From assembly GCF_006345805.1 (NCBI RefSeq), contig NW_021832436.1:62001-126000 (forward strand): a DNA stretch of 64,000 nucleotides, in the 5' to 3' direction. Positions 62,194 to 64,000 of the stretch are shown in pieces (positions within the stretch are counted from its first letter, which is position 1; each line of letters opens with the position of its first letter). The translations under genes and the position numbers were made by a program. This stretch comes from Octopus sinensis. Taxonomy: Eukaryota. The notes beneath the pieces are model-generated. The model was not told the origin of the DNA. It was given only the letters and a program-made list of their open reading frames with translations, and did not search any database.

Positions 62194-64000
62194 TTAATTA
62201 TGCATTTGAGCCCACTTGGCCTGAGCTTCTTGAGCGATTTCCCTCTAGGCGTCCTAATAAATGAATACTAAGTGCTGCTTGGAATCCATTCCTCCTGCCA
62301 ATGCTTCAAACACGCCCCTGTACTCCACGCTAAAGTTGTGAAATAGTTCGACGTAGAATTGCACATTCTCCGTTTTGGAATTAGCGACTCCAAAATAGAC
62401 CAGACACTCCCGAAACCTGCACTATCAATCCATGCGTACCTTTCCACTACTTTTTCGTGGATAACGAGCAGGTTCGTTGCCCTCTCGCAACACGAACTGA
62501 GGAACAATTTAATTCTAGTCTATTAGGCTAGGAGAGAAACAAGTAATTTGGGGGTTGTGCTGATTTTTGAAGCAAGTCGTAGTATTTCTGAGCGATTCTA
62601 CAGCGTTCCTGCAAGTGAGAAATTTTAGTGGTAATTAAAGTCCAGTCCTCCTAGAAAGTGGAAAGAAATGAAGACTACACGATGTGCCAGGGCGACGTTG
62701 GGGAGCTCTTGCTGTAGATTGGTGCTTTGTTTGTGGTGTTTGACGACAGCACGACACACGTGCAACAAAAGGGGTTGCTTGTGAACAGTGTCTTTAATTG
62801 TAGACAACTTGCTCAGGAAATCAAGTTCAAAGCCTTCGAGCTACCAGTTGAGGAAAAAGGATGAATACCTGTTGGTCGTTGAGAATGTTCCCCGCCCTGA
62901 GTGTCGCAGAAAGGATCCATCTGAGAGTCCTCGAAGATCTGATTTCCGAGGCTGCATTTTTGAGTGCGAAGAGTGACTGAGCAATTTCCTAAGAGTCCAC
63001 TATTGAGGGGGACCTTCTCTTCGTCCTCGTAGAACGTTGTGAAATGCCATAACTCGACTTTCTCTCGACAAAACTCAAGTTGGAGCAGAGAGAGTACGTA
63101 CTTCTCACTGCTATCCTGCCCTCCCCCAGCTCGCAGTATCTTTTCCTCTTCTACAGTGGGCATGACCACGTCCCTCAACATCCAAACACTTTCACAACTC
63201 ATCTCACCTCGATTTGATCTTTGCTTATTTCCGAGTGTCCTATTTCCATTATTCCGCGTTTCACTATTTCTACCTCCGGGAAATTGAACAAAGCCACGTT
63301 TAGTTGCAATATTCGTTTGTTAGACAAAACGGTCTTGCTTTTCTTTTTACTACCTCTTATCTGCCACACTTAATCTATTCAAATACATTTGGTATCACTC
63401 CTGGCCTGAACAGCTTTGCCATTTCGTCCATTTCCACACAGTCCTCTTTTATCACACTCCACACTGTCTCCTTATCAGGCTGCTTCACTCCACTCCAGTA
63501 TACTTTCCTCTTTTCCACGTTTCTTCTAGCAATTTCTGAAATTGGTATCCGTTCAGGCAGCTTCAGTGGCGCAGGCGGAGGGGGGAGACCCACTTGTGCC
63601 ACATCAGAGGAGGTTTTTTGGCCCAAACACGGCGTGGAGGCACTTCGAGATATTTTTGTTTCCTCGTTAAGCTCGGAAAAGTCAAATTCAGATATTTTGA
63701 ACAATTCGTTTTTTGCCTTGGTTCTTCCCAATTCGAAATACTTTTGGCGAACATTATTCGCTGCACTTGGTTCCCTTATCTTATCTGCTGATTTTTCCTC
63801 GCTTTTCAAGTTTACTGCCTTCACATTACTTATCTCTGGATGCCCTATCTCTTCCGGTTTTGAATCTGTGATTGTTTATTAGCCCACCACATACTTTTTT
63901 CTCCAATCGTTTTTCTGCCACTCATTCATACACAAATAAACCTCAGTTGTCTCTTCCTTAAATTCGTAAAAATTGGTGATATGACGGGCTCGCACTTATT
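62194..64000 (-). CDS. FHOD: FHOD-type formin, 3' part (short FH1 + FH2); 5' end outside the window
   Basis: LPPPPAP; RKVYWSGVK; TVLSNKRILQLNVAL; IKDTVHKQPLLLHVC; FLSSCCER..VIHEKVVER; FSVEYR. Confidence 0.85.

Noticed and set aside
1-64000. Non-standard genetic code as the cause of frequent in-frame stops
   Set aside because: Stops in conserved genes fall within short GT-AG segments whose removal restores homology, and genes end in standard stops

Overview
AT-rich eukaryotic (animal-type) genomic DNA. The genes are compact and broken by very short GT-AG introns (predicted about 19-35 nt, mostly 23-28), which is why the ORF track is fragmented. This fits a strongly reduced parasitic metazoan such as a dicyemid or myxozoan (inference). 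Recognisable host genes: unkempt, a plasma-membrane syntaxin, UPF2, PP2A catalytic subunit, SCAP, PACS, TRMT5, COG4, CARNMT1, proteasome alpha-4 (PSMA7), and the 3' part of an FHOD-type formin. There is also a cleanly spliced orphan type I membrane protein gene that the ORF track misses. A large part of the remainder is transposon-derived: about 15 pieces of CRE-like (RT + restriction-like endonuclease) retrotransposons from several lineages, one near full-length with an N-terminal PHD finger; RTE and ingi/Vingi-like LINE relics; hAT elements and MITEs with 8-bp TSDs; a Tc1/IS630 transposase; and a Ginger-like integrase relic. Most notable: (1) two different CRE lineages have each inserted at the same point of a 41-bp ATG-containing minisatellite associated with Tc1-like elements; (2) DNA-transposon transposase genes carry host-sized mini-introns; (3) an inverted partial COG4 duplicate carries clustered short insertions, and a 34-nt formin exon copy sits at a LINE 5' junction. 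All gene models and family calls were made by hand translation and recalled motifs; no search was run. Relic boundaries are approximate.
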